Shown here: one piece after another, positions 25,535 through 37,800 of the stretch
Position numbering within the stretch: position 1 is the stretch's first letter
Layout: every line of letters starts with the position of its first letter
Origin: Dicyema japonicum
Taxonomy: Eukaryota; Animalia; Dicyemida
Direction of reading: 5' to 3'
Length of the DNA stretch: 64,000 bases
Assembly (NCBI GenBank): GCA_011109175.1
Contig: RDEW01000012.1
Span: 392,762 to 456,761 of the forward strand
Program-made: the position numbers and the translations under genes
The notes under the pieces: generated by a model
Seen by the model: only the letters and a program-made list of their open reading frames with translations
Database searches by the model: none
What the model was told of the DNA's origin: nothing

Positions 25535-27860
25535 AACTACGGGATCACCGAAAATAAAGACAAAATAATGTCAACTAGTTAGGTGATCCCAGTTCCCGCA
25601 ATCAAACGTGCCATCCGAAGCCTGTGTGTCTCCATTGTTCCCAATGTCGAACGGAAATGCCTTCTTTGATCTTGCAGTAAGTTTAGTTTTTAGATAGTGG
25701 CCTCTGATAACGCGAATCTCCACGCAGAAGAGGCATATTCCACGGTCGGCTGGCGGTATATGATTCTGATTGGGTCTTCTGGATAAGGGCCCGTGTGACA
25801 TTCAATTTCTGTAGTCTTTTGGTGAATACTTGTTTGGCATAATAGGTAAAATTAAGCAGCCTGTCGTATGTCAGTCCCAGGATTGAGGGGTTTCTTGTGA
25901 CAGGTATCCGAGTAAGTCCGATGAAGATTTCTGGTTCTTCTTTGGTCCGCCGGTCGGAGGTGAACAGAGTGCATGTTGATTTTGGAGCCGATACCGAGAG
26001 ACGATTAGCTATCAACCAATCGTGGATACAATCCACTTTCTTCTGTGCGGTGAGACTGCTTCTGATGTATCGTCATATCGTCAGCATAAAAAAGCTTTGG
26101 GAAGTTCTTTTCAATGTCTGCTGGCAGGTCGTGGAAGAAAAGGTTGAATAGAGTGGGGGATAAAGGCGAACCTTGGGCACTCCGTTTGGTAGTAAACGTG
26201 ATCGTGATCTGAGGTGGCCACAGATGACCTTCTCACGTCTTCCAGATAAAAAATTGGCCAGCCATAGCTTCAAGTTAGGGTGAATTTTTAAATCAAAGAT
26301 GTTTCCAATTAAATGTTTCCCCTGTACCGAGTCAAACGCCTTGTTGATGTCAATCGAGACCATTGTTGTCCGCATGTGTTTTATGGTAGTGTTGAAACCA
26401 TCCGGAATGAACTGCGAAAGCGTTTATAAGAAAGTCGTTGTTGATCTTCCAGAACGGAATCCGTGTTGGAAATTCGGTTGAGTTAAGGAAGGAGTAATTT
26501 CAATCAACTTTTCCAACAGTTTTGATATACTAGAGGTCAATGAGATTGGTCTGTATGAATTGGAATCTCTTAGTGGTTTTCCGGCCTTATGAATTTGAGT
26601 GATGACGAAGTTATTCCATATTTGGGGGATAGTCTTCCAGTAACAGACAGGTTAAAAATCTTCATTAGGTAGCTAATTGCGTATTTGCTTTGGTGTTTGA
26701 GGTGAATTGAAGATACTTTTTCTGGCCGCAGGCCCGTGAGTTCTTTAATCCGGCGATAACCTCTGAGACCTGCTTGTCTGAGAATAGTTCTTGGTAAGGT
26801 TCATTTTTCGGTTTGCAGACACGTACTTTGATATCCAGTTGTTTAGAGAATTTCTTGAAGCTGATCGCAGCGTAATGTTTCATAAATAGAATACGGCGTA
26901 TATGACAAATATGTTCTGGAGAGGGGTTACAGGTTCCATTAGTATCTTCCAACTCTGATTTAAGTTGTTTTAATGTTTTCTAAAATTGATGAGATGAACT
27001 TTTCCTGTTAGATTGATTGGATGACGCCACCTATGATGGTCTTTTATGCTCTGGTTGATACTTTTATTTAGTTGTCTGATGGATTTCAACTCCGTCGGAT
27101 GGCATCTTTTCATTTGGTTTTTTCGTTTTATGAGTGTATGTGTCCGGGAATTGAGGGTATAAAATTCGTGTATGATGAGAGAGGAATAATTATGTTGTTA
27201 GCCTTTTGAATGTCCACACTGATGATTTTTGCTTCATCTATTGAACATATATGGGATGATAGTTCTTTGACTAATTCCAGGTCAACAAAGTCAGAGAAGC
27301 CAGGCCAGTCAATCTTCTTATAATTCTTGAAACTTTTCACTTCGGTAAGCAATGTCTCCGAAATCTTCTTAATGTAAAAAGGATGGGATTATGGTCGCTG
27401 GAGAAACCATAGTTCACATCTTATGTAGTGATTCCTGCTAAAGAGGGTGAACATAGGACTAAATCAGGAAAGGTGCAGCATCAGTGCTCCTTAAAGGGGT
27501 TCTTGTGTGTAATGTAGGATCATTCAGGATAAACATATCAATAAGACCATTTGCGATGAACTCGCCTCGGGTGTCAGAGGACAGTGAAGCTAGCCAAACG
27601 GGGTGTCGGGCATTTAGGTCACCAAATATTAGAGCGTTTTTAAGTACTGAGAGACAGGGTTTATTCTGGGTGTAGGATTTTGGGGCAGGATCCTTGTGGT
27701 GGAAGATATAGGTTAATCAAGTTGATTCAAAAAGACGAGTACAGCTCCATTTTGATGGTGATCTGCTCCATGGTATCGTCTGAGTCCAAAAGTTCTGAGG
27801 TTCGTCGACTCACGTCAATGTTCTTAAGAATTATGAGTAGTCCTCCACCTGGTCTTACTT
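25535..27860 (-). mobile_element. Degraded APE-type LINE ORF2 (EN + RT + 3' end)
   Basis: SYRPISLTSSISKLLEKLI, QHGFRSGRST, SIDINKAFDSV, PNGVP, YADD, PSILGLTYDRLLNF; terminal hairpin at 25541-25590. Confidence 0.9.
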
Positions 27861-28339
27861 GACGGTCCATACGGATTATTGTGTATCCCAGGAAAGAAGG
27901 TTAATAAATAAAAATAAATTATTATTTTTCATATTTACTCACGATAATTCCAATTACGAGATCTGGCATCAACCTCAGCTTTCCGACCAATGTGATCAAT
28001 TGTGCCTGTATCAGAGCTCGATTGGAACAACTCAGGATCACATGATCATTTTATTATGTTTTATCCTTAATTTTTCCAATAATTTCACTTTTTTCCAATA
28101 ACAAAACTGAGATCTCAGTCTCTTAGCATCACAAAATGTTTCTGACTACTGCCCAAAGTATCCAGAGATGAATTTGAGAAGAGGAACAAATGTTTTCAAA
28201 CACGATTTCCCGAATCGTATAATTCAGAGATGGACAAGACTCAACAAGCGTGCAACGTTAGAGTCCAAGACTCGAAGTAGGACTCATTGGAGATGTTTAT
28301 TAACGAACCTTTTTACCAGAGAAAAATAAAGAGGTATTC

Positions 28340-29495
28340 TTGACCTTAATTAATAACGGTGCAAATTCTGGTATCTCCTCAAAACTGCTGCAAAAACATT
28401 GGAGCTAATCTTGACTTCAATGATTTCAAAGCATCAAATGGATGGTTGGATCGATTTAAAACGCGCTATGAATTATTATTCAAAGTAATTTTGGGTGAAA
28501 AGAACTCATGTGACAGAAATAAAGTCCAAGATTTTTTTAACGATTACGACAATTTATTTGATAAATACGAGAACAAGGATATTTTTAACTGCGACGAAAC
28601 CTCTCTTTTTGTTAAAAAAATTTATGTAATTCATTTGTCTCTTCAAATGATGACTGTTTTGGTAAAACGAAAAGCAAAGAAAGTTTCAGTTCTTTTATGC
28701 TGCAGTCTTGAAGGTGAGAAATTAAAGCCCCTTGTTATCGGGAAATTTAAATCGCCAGGATGCTTAAAAAATATACAAACTGAGGATTATGGGGTATATT
28801 TCATTAAATTATTTTTAGGTTTTGTATACAGCGTCAAAAAATATTTTGATAAATGATAAATGGTTACAAAAAATAATACAAAAAAACTTTGAAATGGTCA
28901 AAAAAACAGAAAAATTTTGGATAATGCACTGTGCCACAAATTTCAAGAATATTCAATTTCCTAAAAATACAACAGCATTTCTTCAACCTTTAGATATGGG
29001 GATCATAAACTCTTTCAAGACATATTATAACAACGTTCTTTATGAAGTGATATGTCTGACGATGTTAAGGAATACTATTCGACCTTATTGAAGATTAATA
29101 TGAGGCAAACGATTGCATTTGTAGGAGAAGCTAGGAGTCGAGTAACAACAACGATTGTCAATTGTTGGATGAAAATAAACGAACAGAGAACACGTGTTCG
29201 TGAAATTAATTAAAAAAAGCATCTGAATTAATTGATAAACATGTTTCAAGGTTAATGGAACTCGAAATAAACAGAATCGACTTTGTTTAATGAAAATGAT
29301 GAGATTGAATGGTTAAAAATTCAATAAGTATAATACTGGGTTCAAAAAAACTGATTATTTCTCATAAAATAAATCCTCTTTTTATCGAAACAACAGATTT
29401 TGTTATTAAAAAATACAAATAATAGTTTTAAAATGTAATAATTATATATACCCTCTATATATGGGGCACTTTTCTATTGAGGAGGGGTCGTACTG
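28340..29495 (+). mobile_element. pogo/Tigger (CENP-B-like DDE) transposon, 5'-truncated
   Basis: ASNGWLDRFKTRY, IFNCDETSLF, GEKLKPLVIGK, FPKNTTAFLQPLDMGIINSFK. Right TIR ends GGGGTCGTACTG|TA, with TA at 29496-29497. Confidence 0.9.
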
Positions 29496-29554
29496 TATTT
29501 AGTTAGAAACTTGTGATCACTGAGAATGAAAAACGGAAAAAACGTCAGAGAGTT

Positions 29555-29900
29555 ATTTAATCACAGTTCCCGCAATCAAACCATCCAACGTCTTTTGTCT
29601 CCCATTGTTTCCACTACCGTCCGAAAGAGCCTTCTCTCATCCTTGCAGAGAAATTCGAATTTGGAAGGAGATAACGCGAATCTCAACTCAACAGAGGCAT
29701 ATTCCACAGCCGGGTCGATAGTTTGCCGGTAGAGTGTTGAAACAGAAGCATCCAAATTCAAAGGAGTCATCAAAAAAAGCGCGCGTACAACGTTCAACTT
29801 CTGCAGGCTTTTAGTGAGGACTATTTTCGCATGGGAGTTAAAATTCAACTTATTCATTACAAGTAAAGCATGAAACAGAAAACTATTGGTAATTAGTAAT
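29555..29900 (-). mobile_element. LINE 3' fragment, family of 25535-27860
   Basis: SLQKLNVVRAL...YRQTIDPAVEYAS; shares CAGTTCCCGCAATCAAAC with about 25590. Confidence 0.8.
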
Positions 29901-29981
29901 ATTAACAAATTCATTTAATTATAATTTAAAATAATTTAAATTATAAAAAATATATTCGTAAATTATATTCGTTTGCACGGC

Positions 29982-31405
29982 ATGAAAATACTACGGAGAA
30001 CTCAGTTAGCTATACGCCTAATCTTAGAAACTACAAAACGGGGATCCTCATGCTCAACATGGGGGGTTGTGATAACCTAGACGGCATAGAGAATTATCTT
30101 AGAAACATATTCAGTGACAAGGATATAATTCAACTACCTTTTAGCAAGTATACTTATTTCTAATCAGATATTCCGCCCCTTTCTTAGCAAAAAGGAGGAC
30201 CCCCACGGTTACCGACTACTACAATCAAATTGGAGGAAAAAGTCCCATTAGGAAAATAAGTGAGGACCAAGCCCGTATTCTTGCTTCCAAACTGGACGTT
30301 CTTTCTCCTAACTCAGGTACCCTGTATTGATAGATTTCAGCTCCCCACAAGGCCTATGTTGGATTCAGGTACTCACCTCCAATGATAGAGTCAGCTTTCG
30401 AGGAGATAAATCGGTATTTAAAGGTGACATTTGTAGCGATAACGTCGAGAGAGTTGTGGCTCTTACCCAATATCCCCAGTATAGTTGTACCACAACTGGC
30501 AGCTCGCTTAATTTACTGGCAGAGATTGCAATTAAAAATCGGTCTAAGATTAAGTGGAGTCTTATTGACAGATGGCCCGTCGAAACCTTCTTTATCAATG
30601 TACTGTTACTTATTACTACTACGTTATTAAAAATTTTAAATTTATTATTTCTGTTCCAGTATTATTTTTATTTATATATTTTCAGTTTTTGTGGTTCTTT
30701 ATTTCAATAAAAATATTTTATTTAATAATATTAGTTTTTGGTCAATAAATTGCGTGAACAAATCAGCAAGTTTCACGGAAAACCTCCTGTTATAGTTTTT
30801 ACTGCACATTCTGTACCGATGAAGGTAAATTATAAGGTTATTTGAGGTTGTCGAAAAAGGTGATCCCTATGTAGGGGAGGTCTTTGCTACGGTCTCCAGT
30901 GTGATGGCCAAACTAGGATGTAACCTCCCTTATCGGGTGGCCTGGCAGTCCAAATTGGGTCCCATTCGGTGGATGGTCCCTACAGTGGACAATGTCCTCA
31001 CTAATTTGGCAAGGAATGGCCATCGGAATGTGATCCTTGCCCCCGTCGTGTTCACATGTGATTGTAGTGAGACGCTGTATGAGTTGGACATTCTCTACAA
31101 AAATTTGGCGGGAAAAGTTGTCTTTTTAATAAAGTAGGTTGGCCTGAGTAAACTAGTGAGAGTGTCTGTCCCCAATTTGGATGATGGTTTTTTATCGGTA
31201 TGAAGTATGATTGTTGTAGGGGATGGCAAAAATGACGGCTGATTGTATAAATGGAGATAATGAAGTGAATAATGCATGGATGATGAGATGTCCTGGTTGT
31301 AGCAATAGTCGGTGTATTAAAGCCCGTACTTTCTTTAGCAAACAGTTCATTAAAGTGGGAAGTGAAAGGATTATTTCTTTAAATACTCATAATATTAATT
31401 CATAA
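29982..31405 (+). CDS. FECH: Ferrochelatase, animal type, 9 exons
   Basis: KTGILMLNMGG, APFLAKRRTP, GGKSPI, YVGFRY, QYPQYSCTTTGSS, IDRWP, FTAHSVP, GDPY, WQSKLGP, ETLYELD, C-terminal CPGCSNSRC (CX2CX4C). Introns 30005-30027, 30148-30167, 30317-30340, 30414-30436, 30600-30734, 30825-30846, 31117-31137 and 31198-31219 give one continuous frame. Confidence 0.96.
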
Positions 31406-31489
31406 TTATTTATTTTAATAATTATTACATTATTTCATAAAACCGTAATGAAATGATACGAAAAACGTTTTAACCCACACTAGAATTAT

Positions 31490-31900
31490 ATAATCCAAGA
31501 AACCCAAGCAAGAACATTTGCTTGTGACGACCAAATATATCTTCTAATAGTACATTACAGGCTTCCACTTCAGAAGAGAGGTGGAGAAGTACAATTTTTA
31601 TCACCGTCGCGGACATCACTTATTCTTATGCGGAAGAGTTTCCATAATGTAATCTTCAGCAGTGGAGTTGGTCAGGGAGAAGGTAGGAAGATCCCTTTCA
31701 ACAGAGGGACTTTTTATCTTAAGGTCACTTATAATTTCAATCACTGTAAATACTTTTTCATAATAAAAAGAATGTAATTCTTTATCTAAAATAATCACCC
31801 AAACTAAATACCTTTCTCTGGATGTTTGGCTTTTATGTGTATCTTCTGTTTTCGAAAAAAATAAATTGTGTGTCCTTCTCATTCGGAGCTATTTAACAAC
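31490..31900 (-). mobile_element. APE-LINE RT remnant
   Basis: Inverted homolog of 13870-14130, with a degenerate SYRPISLT region. Confidence 0.65.
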
Positions 31901-32299
31901 CCGAATAAATAAAAACTTCCAAAAGATCATCCTTTAATATCCTTCATGTAATGTAAATTTTTCTGCTGCGACTATGAGCAACTGATCTAATCCAAAATAG
32001 TTGAAAGTTATAGTTCTTAATGAGTGTAGATGTAGTCATAATTAATTGTGTTAGTAGAATTCTCTCACATTCAAAAGAACTAATTATATCACATAAGGCG
32101 TCCTAATTGTCGATTCTTGTTGAAACACTTTTAAATTTCTTTGAAAAGAACTGGCTCATTGAGCGCTTTTCCTTAGGATCGACAAGGGAAATGCGCTCCC
32201 AATTCTAAGGAAAGTATGATCAAAAAATTTTTTTATAGCATTATGCCATTTAGATGACACTACTGCGCGTGCATTATCTCACCAATAATTTATCTCCCC

Positions 32300-32720
32300 A
32301 AAGTTTTAAATGAAAACTAAGCAATTCCCTTTTGCAAAAGTTGTAGATCAAGGGCGGAGGGTACATCGCTTGTCCGTTTTAATTTCAACATTGCCAACGT
32401 GCCAATTACATGTGAATGGTACAGAAGAGTCCCACATAGGTGTTTCAACTGCCAACGCTATGAACACATATCCTCCTTCTGAAAGGAGAAAACAAAATGT
32501 CTCCGTTGAGCAGAGGAACACGACCTGACTGCATGAGGAGAGACTCCTGAAGACGCAATAAATTGCATAAATTGTGGCTTGTCCTCACATTGTGTCAGAT
32601 ATAGTGGATGTTCAGCCGCCAAAAAGTCTGATAAGAAGAGAGCAACTAAAACGATGGACAACTAAACGATATTGGGAGAACATGGACAGCAAAAACAGTT
32701 ACGTCGAAGTCGGCACACAA
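32300..32720 (+). mobile_element. LINE ORF1 (gag-like) remnant with three CCHC knuckles
   Basis: CFNCQRYEH, CLR*AEEHD, CINCGLSSH..RYSGC parallel the ORF at 39796-40875. Confidence 0.75.
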
Positions 32721-32869
32721 AATTCGTCGAAACCAGAATGATGTCCCACCCAATCAATAAACTGCCTAATCAGCGAATGCAGCCACGTGGATAAACGTAT
32801 TACCATGAAGTCTCTTTCATTGAAATTCAACTTGCATTCATATAAGAGTCTCAAATATTTTGTAAATGA

Positions 32870-33025
32870 TATACGTTTTATATAAAGGATACAAATTTTA
32901 CTTTCTTAAATGTAATATTTGAGGTTTTATAACAAAGAAAACAAATTTTACTTTTCCTATATGTCATGATAAACGTTTTATATAAAGTTAAAAAATTTTA
33001 CTTTCTTAAATGTAATATGTCGCGA
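32870..33025. repeat. Degenerate ~50-bp relatives of the 45-bp satellite (about 3 units)
   Basis: AAAGGATACAAATTTTACTTTCTTAAATGTAATATTTTGAGG matches the satellite monomer. Confidence 0.75.
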
Positions 33026-33124
33026 GCGCTACTTGCAACTATGCGCTACCTGCAATATCGATTTTTTGAATTTTTTGAATCTATAAAAATAGTTTTATTT
33101 TATAAGGAAAAAGGAAAAAGAATA

Positions 33125-34170
33125 GTTAATTTTAATTCAGCTGTTGGGAGATGCACAAACTATTCCCACGGACAACAGCCAACGAGAGCCTCTCCTTGAG
33201 CCATCTCGTCTCACGAAGATCACCAGTTTTGTCAGTTAGTAGTTTTCCCAAATGGTTCAGGAACTTCAGCGTTTTAGGGCCAAAGTTCCCCGAAGTTTCA
33301 ATCGCGACAGGTGCGAAAATGTACCTGTCGCTGATATCCGAGTATTTAGCATTTTTTACTTCCTCTGCTTGAGAAGAAGGTCTGCCCGGTGAATAATTTT
33401 TTTTGCTTGGGGCGAAAGAGCAGACACAGGTCACATACCATACAAGGTTTCGCCCTCGCTCAAAAGGAAAGGAGGTCATGCCGTCAGGGCGTCTTCCGTT
33501 GTCAAATAGACCAGTCGGTTCGATCCGGCAACGGAATCCAGCCGATTCTAATGCCCTCTTAATGATGCCGTTCATTGCCGAATGTCGAGAAGATCTGCCA
33601 ATTCCGCTCCGGCATGAGAGGAGGTGGAGACCCAGTTCGTCCGATAGACAGCCACATTTGCACTTCGATTTGGTGCAAACAGGCAATCCGAGGTGTAGAC
33701 ATACAGCTGTACGAAGTGAGTCATCATCCAACAATCCACCAACTTCTTGACATGGGTAAACCCCAAGCCAAGATCCATCAACCGCCTCCCTCGAATTTTG
33801 GAAACAATCCAGGCGATGTCCAGAGAGCCGGCTGACTAGGTTGGATGCCAGAGCATTCCATCTATGGATCATCCAAGACGATTATTGGTCTGGGTTACGC
33901 GGCTCGCTAAGCCCTTCACTTCGCCACACGTCCATGTATTCAACCAAGTCATTGGACAGTTTCCGAGATGGAAGCTTTGAAAGAATTGAGTCCACTTGGT
34001 TTTTGCATGAAAGTTTTGAGGCAAAATACGCCGGGCCAGCAATTTGGCAGGGAGTAGTAAGACCGATTCCACCCAATGATATCGGTAATTGAGTCTGTAT
34101 CCATCCAGGGGTATCAAGAGAAACGTTAAGTACGAATTCAGTAATCTTTTGAGGCAATCAGAGTATTCCA
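33125..34170 (-). mobile_element. CRE-clade 3' part (copy 4) with an intact RLE ORF
   Basis: QLPISLGGIGL; 246-aa ORF with CKCG...HLLSC...RHSAMN, RRPDG, APVAIETSGNFG, RLSLAVVRGN. Confidence 0.9.
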
Positions 34171-34239
34171 TTAAAGGGAATCACACTATAAAAATTGAAA
34201 TAAAAATTGTTCTTTTGGATTAAAATTCTAATTTTTAGT

Positions 34240-34830
34240 AATATAAAATATTAATTTTATTGTATAAAATTAATAATAATAATGTCACGCTATAAAACAT
34301 ACGGCTTTTGTCATGTATAAGGCTTTTGTCATCCCCGTCCTGACCTACAATTCAGGCACTTGGGGAATCTCTAAACAAGAGATGGACCGTCTTGACGCTT
34401 TCCACAGGACACAATTGAAATCAGTAATCAAGATCAAGTGGCCTAAGAAGATCTCAAACAATGACCCTCTACTCGAAGTGCAAATCTGGTATACTATCCG
34501 AGGAGATCTCAGATCAAGATGGAGTCTCTTTGGACATATCTTACGTCTAAATGCTCAAGTACCCGCGAATATCGCCATGGAAAACTACCTAATGCATACG
34601 GGAGCGGATTCCGTGGAAGACCAAGAGTCACACTCCCAACTATTTTGAATGGAGACCTGTCGGCTGTGGGACTGAAGCTCACTTCCGCAGACGACCTAGA
34701 TACCTTAAGGGAACTGGCACGAAGTAGAGGGTCCTGGAAAAGGCTGATAGAGAGGATGGCTAGAAATACGGGCACAAGGGAGGCTTGATTAATTTTATGA
34801 CTTCTCGGGAGTGCTTTAAAATAATTAATA
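34240..34830 (+). mobile_element. RTE-clade LINE 3' fragment with TAA-rich tail
   Basis: YKAFVIPVLTYNSGTW...LDAFHRTQL...RWSLFGHILR...FRGRPR...W. Confidence 0.88.
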
Positions 34831-34839
34831 ATAAATAAT

Positions 34840-37800
34840 AAAACATACAACGTGGCGTTCGATTCGGTGGCGTTAAAACTCTCTCGAGTTGGCAAAAATG
34901 TTGAAAGGAAAAAAGGAGAAGGGTCACTTGCGTTACCTGATGGTATGAATGTAATTCTTGCCATATCCGAGAGCGTTGTGGCAGATGACCCAAAAGAATG
35001 GGCGAAGCAGGTAGTCCTGCAGGTACGTAGCAGGCTATCTCGAATGTCCTGGAATGGATGGCCATACTTGGCGGAGCTCTACAGTGGCAGATTCAGTACT
35101 GCTATATCTGTGAGTGAACTCAAGAAGATGGCTGTAGGCAAAGAGGGTACTGGTCTAAAGGGGCGGTGACCAGGTGACCACAACTGTCAAAGAGAGCACG
35201 AGCACCAGAGCTGTGATACGTTGCAGCTCAAGCATGTTTATGAGGTCTTTGCGCGGAATCTCGCTGCAGCGGCAGATGTCCCACTTGAGGACCGTAGATT
35301 TACCCGCAAGATTCCTCATTGTAAGGTTAACGGTGTAGTGTTAACCTGCATCAATAAGGCTGTGGCTTATGCGGTGGAGGCTAAGCCAGTAGGGTCATTG
35401 GATGACATCTCCCTAGTGCTGTATGCAGCACAGATCACCTATGAGGAATTGACGGACAAGCCCAGACCACCCAGTAAATGGAGGGAGCAGATCTGTGCCA
35501 AGATTGCTTGGAGACAGACTGAGCTGGAAGCACTGGAGGGGCACATAAGTAGTGTGGCGAGAGGGGTTAGAGGAAAAGCACCGGCTATAGTAAAGGGGCT
35601 AATTAGTAAACTCCGTGTTCCCAAATGGGACCTCAAAGAGTTGAGGAGGGCAAAGGTGGAGTTAGAGGGGGCAATAATGGTGTATAAGAGGAAACTCTAT
35701 ACACATGAAAGTCGGTGTAAGAGAAGGAGAGAAAATAATCTGTTTGAGTTTAATCGCAGATTGTTTTACCGTCGCCTACACGAAAATGGCCATAGTGTAT
35801 GTTCCCAGCAGGACGCGGAAATGCTTTCCACATGGGGTAGTATGTGGGAGGCTAAACCACGCAGAGGAAATGCGTGGAATGTCCCGTACAGCGCCGCTCC
35901 TTTCTTGGCGGAATCTTGCGGAATTTTCGATTTTCGCAAGAAATTTGAGGCGGTAGTGAGACATCTCCCTGATTGGAAGACGACCGGGGTCGATAAAGTT
36001 TATAATTTCTTTATCAAAAGATGCACTTCATTACACGAGTCTATGTGTCGTGTATTACAGAAAAGCATCACTAACCCGGAAACGATTCCTGATTGGGCAT
36101 GCACAGGGACAACTTATTTGATCCCAAAGCTGGACAACCCCCAGTCTGCTGCAGATTATCGACCGATAACCTGCATGCCAACCCTGTATAAGCTGATGAC
36201 CAAATTGGTGGCTAATGAGGTCAGGAGCTTTGTAGACGCAAATGGGATTCTCTCCGAGAATCAGTTGGGAACTGTGCGAAATTGTCAGGGGGCAAAAGAG
36301 CAGGCTTTGATCAACAAATGCCTTTCTGTGTCTCACGGAAACTCACTTTTGTCTATGTGGGTGGATGTGAAGAAGGCTTACGATTCAGTTGATCATTCTT
36401 ACCTTGTCGAGTGCCTACACAGTCTGTGTATGCCTGTGTGGTTCATCAGCTTTGTAGTGGCTGTGATGAATAGGTGGAGTATTCATCTGAACTATAATAG
36501 GCACCGGATAGGCGAGGTAAAACTCAAGAGGGGGATCCTTCAGGGGGATAGCATGTCTCCGCTACTCTTTGTTCTCTGTTTGGAGCCATTGAGTCGCCGC
36601 CTCAATGACCGGTTTGAGCAAATACCAGTTCATTGTGAAGGGGTCTGTTTCAGTACAAATCACCTTCTTTTTATCGATGACTGAAGATGTATGCTCGAAC
36701 AGCCGAGGAGCTCTACTCCATGGGGGTCTGTGCCAGGGAATTCTTTGAGAGTATAGGGCTAGATTTGAATTATTCAAAGTCTGCGACTAACACGCAAGTA
36801 TGTAGCGAGTTAGTAAGAGTCCTAGAGGAACACGAAGGATATAAGTATCTGGGTGTTACCGAATCTCCAAAGTCCCTTATAATGCCTGAGACAAAGCGAC
36901 AAATTACTGAAGGCATCCGTAAAAGAGCAGCGTTATTGTGTAAGACGTCTCTAAATGCAAGGAATTTGTTCCTAGCATTAAATGAGTATGCTGTCTCGCT
37001 GCTAAACTACTACATAGGTGTTGTGGAGTTTGAGCCCAAAGAGTATGATGAGATGGATGTTATCCGTGGAGTACTCAGAGAGAACCATGTCCATGTGTGG
37101 CAGCCAATAAGGAGAGACTATATTTACCCCGTGATAAATTCGGCCGTGGACTGTGTGGAGTAGTCCAACTAAGTGAGCGTATCCTAATGCGAATGCACGA
37201 CACCCTGATAGCTGGGTCAAGTGTGTCTGCTAGGAAGCACGCCATAATAACGACCGAGAAAACACGGGCAACCCACCTAGGCACTATCAGACCTTTTTTG
37301 TCTGCTAAGTATGGTGTTGATGATGGTGGGCTAGTAAATGTGAAGGCGTTGATCGAATTACAATATAATAATTTGATGGAAAAGATCAACTTAAAAAGCC
37401 TTCATAAGGTCCTCTTCAGAGCATTGGACAACCCACATGTCGACCTTAAGTCGTCGACAATATGGCTAAAATACGGTGACAACTCACCTCGATCGGAGGC
37501 GTTGTACACGTATATGCAAGACCGCAATATTTTTTGGGGTCGATCAACAAATACATGTCCCCACTGTAAGTCAAGGAGCATGTCGGTTGATCATTTAGCC
37601 ACTCGATGTGGATCCATGCTCTGCCACGACTATGTGTGGAGGCACAACGAGGTAGTAAGGAGTCTTCATCTTCTACTATGCAATAAGTATGGTATTCGCC
37701 ACACCAGAAAGTTGCGGACTCATAAGGTGCAATCTGTAGTAGAGAACACCAGGGTCCAAATTAAGGTAGACAGTGTTATCCGTACCTCGGTGCTAGTCAA

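Noticed and set aside
34509-37389. Minus-strand ORFs over the RTE and R4 elements, and similar antisense ORFs over CRE and LINE copies
   Set aside because: Shadow frames of GC-richer coding sequence with no independent motifs.
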